This document shows, piece by piece, positions 26,355-28,322 of a stretch of 28,322 bases of DNA. The stretch is from Deltaproteobacteria bacterium. GTDB taxonomy: Bacteria; Myxococcota_A; Polyangia; Polyangiales; Houyiibacteriaceae. The notes under the pieces are model-generated. The model saw only the letters and a program-made list of their open reading frames with translations, searched no databases and had not been told where the DNA came from. Location: the NCBI GenBank assembly GCA_034670305.1, contig JAXMNT010000073.1:1-28322 (forward strand), written 5' to 3'. Position 1 is the stretch's first letter, and every line of letters begins with the position of its first letter. The position numbers and the translations under genes are program-made.

Positions 26355-27313
26355 CGAGTGGCGCTCTCGCGCGCGGACGCGTGCGCTTCGTCCGATGCGA
26401 GCAAGTACAGCAGCGCCATGCGGACCGCGACGCCGGCTTCGACCTGGTAGAGCACCACGCTCTGAGGACCGTCCGCCACGAGTGGATCGATCTCCACCCC
26501 GCGGTTCATGGGGCCTGGATGCATCACGATCGCGGTCTCTTTCGCATAGGCCAGTTGGGCGGGGCCCACACCGAACGTGCGCGCGTATTCACGGTCGCTC
26601 GGCAAAAGCGCTTCGCCCAGCCGCTCTTGCTGGATGCGCAGACACATCACGACGTCGGCGCCTTCGAGCGCAGGTCGCAGCTCGTGGAAGACGTTCACGT
26701 CGAACGCCTCGGCGAAGTCGTCGGACACCAGCGTGCGCGGACCGACCACGTTCACCTCGCAGCCGAACTTGCGCAGGAGCACGCAGTTGGAGCGCGCCAC
26801 GCGGGAGTGGGCGATGTCTCCGCAGATCGCGACTTTGAGACCTTCGAGGCGCCCGAGCTTCTTTCGAATCGTGAACGCGTCGAGCAGTGCCTGGGTCGGA
26901 TGCGCGTGCATGCCGTCGCCGGCGTTGATGACGCCGCAGCGAAGTTTCGAGGCAACGTATGCGGGGGCGCCGGAGGCCGAGTGACGCATCACGACCACGT
27001 CCGGGTGCATCGCTTCGAGCGTCTTGCAGGTGTCGTAGAGCGTCTCGCCCTTCTTCACGCTCGAGGTGGCCACCGACATGTTCACCATGTCGGCGCTCAG
27101 GCGTTTGCCGGCGATCTCGAAGCTCGTGCGGGTCCGGGTGCTCGCTTCGTAGAAGAGGTTGATGACCGTCTTGCCCCGCAACGTCGGCACCTTGCGAACC
27201 GGTCGGCGCGAGACCTCGAAGAACGCTTCGGACGCATCGAGGATCTGAATCACGTCCGCCGGAGAGAGGTCGCGAATCGAGAGCAGGTCGCGGTGGGGAA
27301 ACGGCGTCGTCAT
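26351..27313 (-). CDS. pyrB: Aspartate carbamoyltransferase catalytic subunit
   Basis: [59 protein letters not shown]. Confidence 0.98.
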   Translation of the reverse strand: MTTPFPHRDLLSIRDLSPADVIQILDASEAFFEVSRRPVRKVPTLRGKTVINLFYEASTRTRTSFEIAGKRLSADMVNMSVATSSVKKGETLYDTCKTLEAMHPDVVVMRHSASGAPAYVASKLRCGVINAGDGMHAHPTQALLDAFTIRKKLGRLEGLKVAICGDIAHSRVARSNCVLLRKFGCEVNVVGPRTLVSDDFAEAFDVNVFHELRPALEGADVVMCLRIQQERLGEALLPSDREYARTFGVGPAQLAYAKETAIVMHPGPMNRGVEIDPLVADGPQSVVLYQVEAGVAVRMALLYLLASDEAHASARESATR

Positions 27314-27813
27314 CGGCTCATCACCTGGATGTGCAGTTGTGCGTCCGCCTCGCGCGACTCCACCCGAAGACGTTTCTTCGGGTCGACGGTGCGCACGAAC
27401 CCGACGAAGTCCGCCGCGATGGGCAGCTCGCGCCCGCCGCGGTCGACGAGCGCCGCCAACCAGATGCGACGCGGCCGACCGTAGTCGAGCAACGCGTCGA
27501 TCGCCGCGCGCACGCTGCGACCAGTTTGAAGCACATCGTCGACCAACACGATGTCGCGTCCGACCACATCGAACGGAATCACGCTCGGCCCGATCTTGGG
27601 ATCCGGCAGCGCGGTCGCCGCGTCGTCCCGATAGAGCGCGATGTCGACGCTGCCATGGTCCACATCGCCAAGGATCCGAACGAGCTCGGAAGCCAGCGCG
27701 ACCCCACCCCGTCGAATCGCCACCACGGCCGGCCGCTCGACCACATCGTCGATCTCGGCGGCGACCTCTTTCCAGCGGAGGCCCACCGCCGACTCGTCGA
27801 GCAATACCTGCAC
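27310..27813 (-). CDS. pyrR: PyrR bifunctional pyr regulator / uracil phosphoribosyltransferase
   Basis: [43 protein letters not shown] overlap with pyrB; GTG start at 27813 after GGAGAGG. Confidence 0.95.
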   Translation of the reverse strand: MQVLLDESAVGLRWKEVAAEIDDVVERPAVVAIRRGGVALASELVRILGDVDHGSVDIALYRDDAATALPDPKIGPSVIPFDVVGRDIVLVDDVLQTGRSVRAAIDALLDYGRPRRIWLAALVDRGGRELPIAADFVGFVRTVDPKKRLRVESREADAQLHIQVMSR

Positions 27814-27904
27814 GCCCTCTCCGTACCCGAGCCCCCCCGCCACAGCAAGAGCCGTCTGGGACGATTGCCGCGGGCGACCGCGATTCCAGGCTCAGCGTCA
27901 GCGG

Positions 27905-28196
27905 GCGGGTTCGGGTTCGGCTCCGGATTCGGGATCCTGGGATCGGCGTCGGCTTCGGTTTCGGCTTCGCCGTCGGCTTCGGCTTCGGCGTCGGGATCGG
28001 CGTCGGCTTCGGTTTCGGCTTCGGCGTCGGCTTCGGCTTCGGCTTCGGCGTCGGCCTCGGCCTCGGCTTCGGTTTCGGTTTCGGTTTCGGCTTCGGCTTT
28101 GGCCTCGGCTTCGGCTTCGGCTTTGGCCTCGGCTTTGGCTTCGGTTTCGGTTTCGGTTTCGGCTACCGCTTCCGCTTCCGCTTCCGCTTCCGCTTC
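27905..28196 (+). repeat. ~290-bp (TCGGCN)n hexamer tract grading into (TTCCGC)n
   Basis: Read directly; ends exactly at the GTAA of the IS66 end. Confidence 0.95.
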
Positions 28197-28322
28197 GTAA
28201 GTCCTCTTGGCGCCCCGTGTTGACGGGCTGAGGGTCAGCCGAGCGGGAGCTTGATTTCGCCGAGGCGGGCGGCTTGGACGGCTTCGGTGAGGTAGGCGGC
28301 GGGGTCGAGGTCGTTCAGTTTT
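28197..28322 (-). mobile_element. IS66-family element, right end
   Basis: Terminus GTAAGTCCTCTTGGCGCCCCGTG (IS66 ends begin GTAA) lies 38 bp from the transposase stop. Confidence 0.8.
28235..28321 (-). CDS. IS66 transposase (TnpC) C-terminal fragment
   Basis: Manual translation KLNDLDPAAYLTEAVQAARLGEIKLPLG* matches the KLN-x-x-DP-x-x-YL ... LP C-terminus of IS66 transposases. Confidence 0.8.
   Translation of the reverse strand, partial: KLNDLDPAAYLTEAVQAARLGEIKLPLG

Noticed and set aside
174-27484. Long antisense or alternate-frame ORFs (e.g. 174..1664, 2173..3444, 5438..7252, 10298..12859, 11112..14099, 20090..22261, 26381..27484)
   Set aside because: Shadows of real genes caused by high GC3; they overlap well-supported CDSs and lack motifs.
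27845-27870. GTCCCAGACGGCT (minus strand) as a PyrR-binding loop
   Set aside because: Only a loose resemblance to the AGUCCnGnGAGGCU consensus, with no U-rich stem or attenuator terminator visible.
1-28322. Whole window as a composite transposon
   Set aside because: The flanking ISs belong to different families and the interior carries housekeeping genes; contig breaks at repeats explain the layout.

Overview
GC-rich bacterial window. Gene content (Ser/Thr kinase-sigma54 activator fusion, PilZ-like paralogue, tamB-tamA order) suggests a myxobacterium (inference). Each end runs into a different IS: an IS5/IS1182-type transposase 3' end on the left and an IS66 3' end on the right, so this is probably a whole contig. 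From left to right it holds: a phosphotransferase/thioesterase/acyl-CoA dehydrogenase operon; small genes (Dabb, RuvC-fold, SRPBCC, hypotheticals) separated by long hexanucleotide tracts; a TamB + lipoprotein TamA-like pair; an accessory block with a MenT/MenA-like nucleotidyltransferase pair; a large kinase-TPR-GAF-sigma54 activator; a guanidine-III riboswitch ahead of gdx/sugE; and pyrR-pyrB-namZ. The structures the genes do not explain are: (i) a tripartite intergenic element, (TCGGCN)n - TCGGCTTCGGTGATCAAGCCACC - (GGGCAA)n, present three times, with inverted copies or tracts bracketing the Dabb and RuvC-fold genes and both ISs abutting such tracts; and (ii) an 83-nt multi-stem element ending in N-CCA just upstream of the MenT-like gene. 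All calls are from motif recognition by eye; no searches were run.
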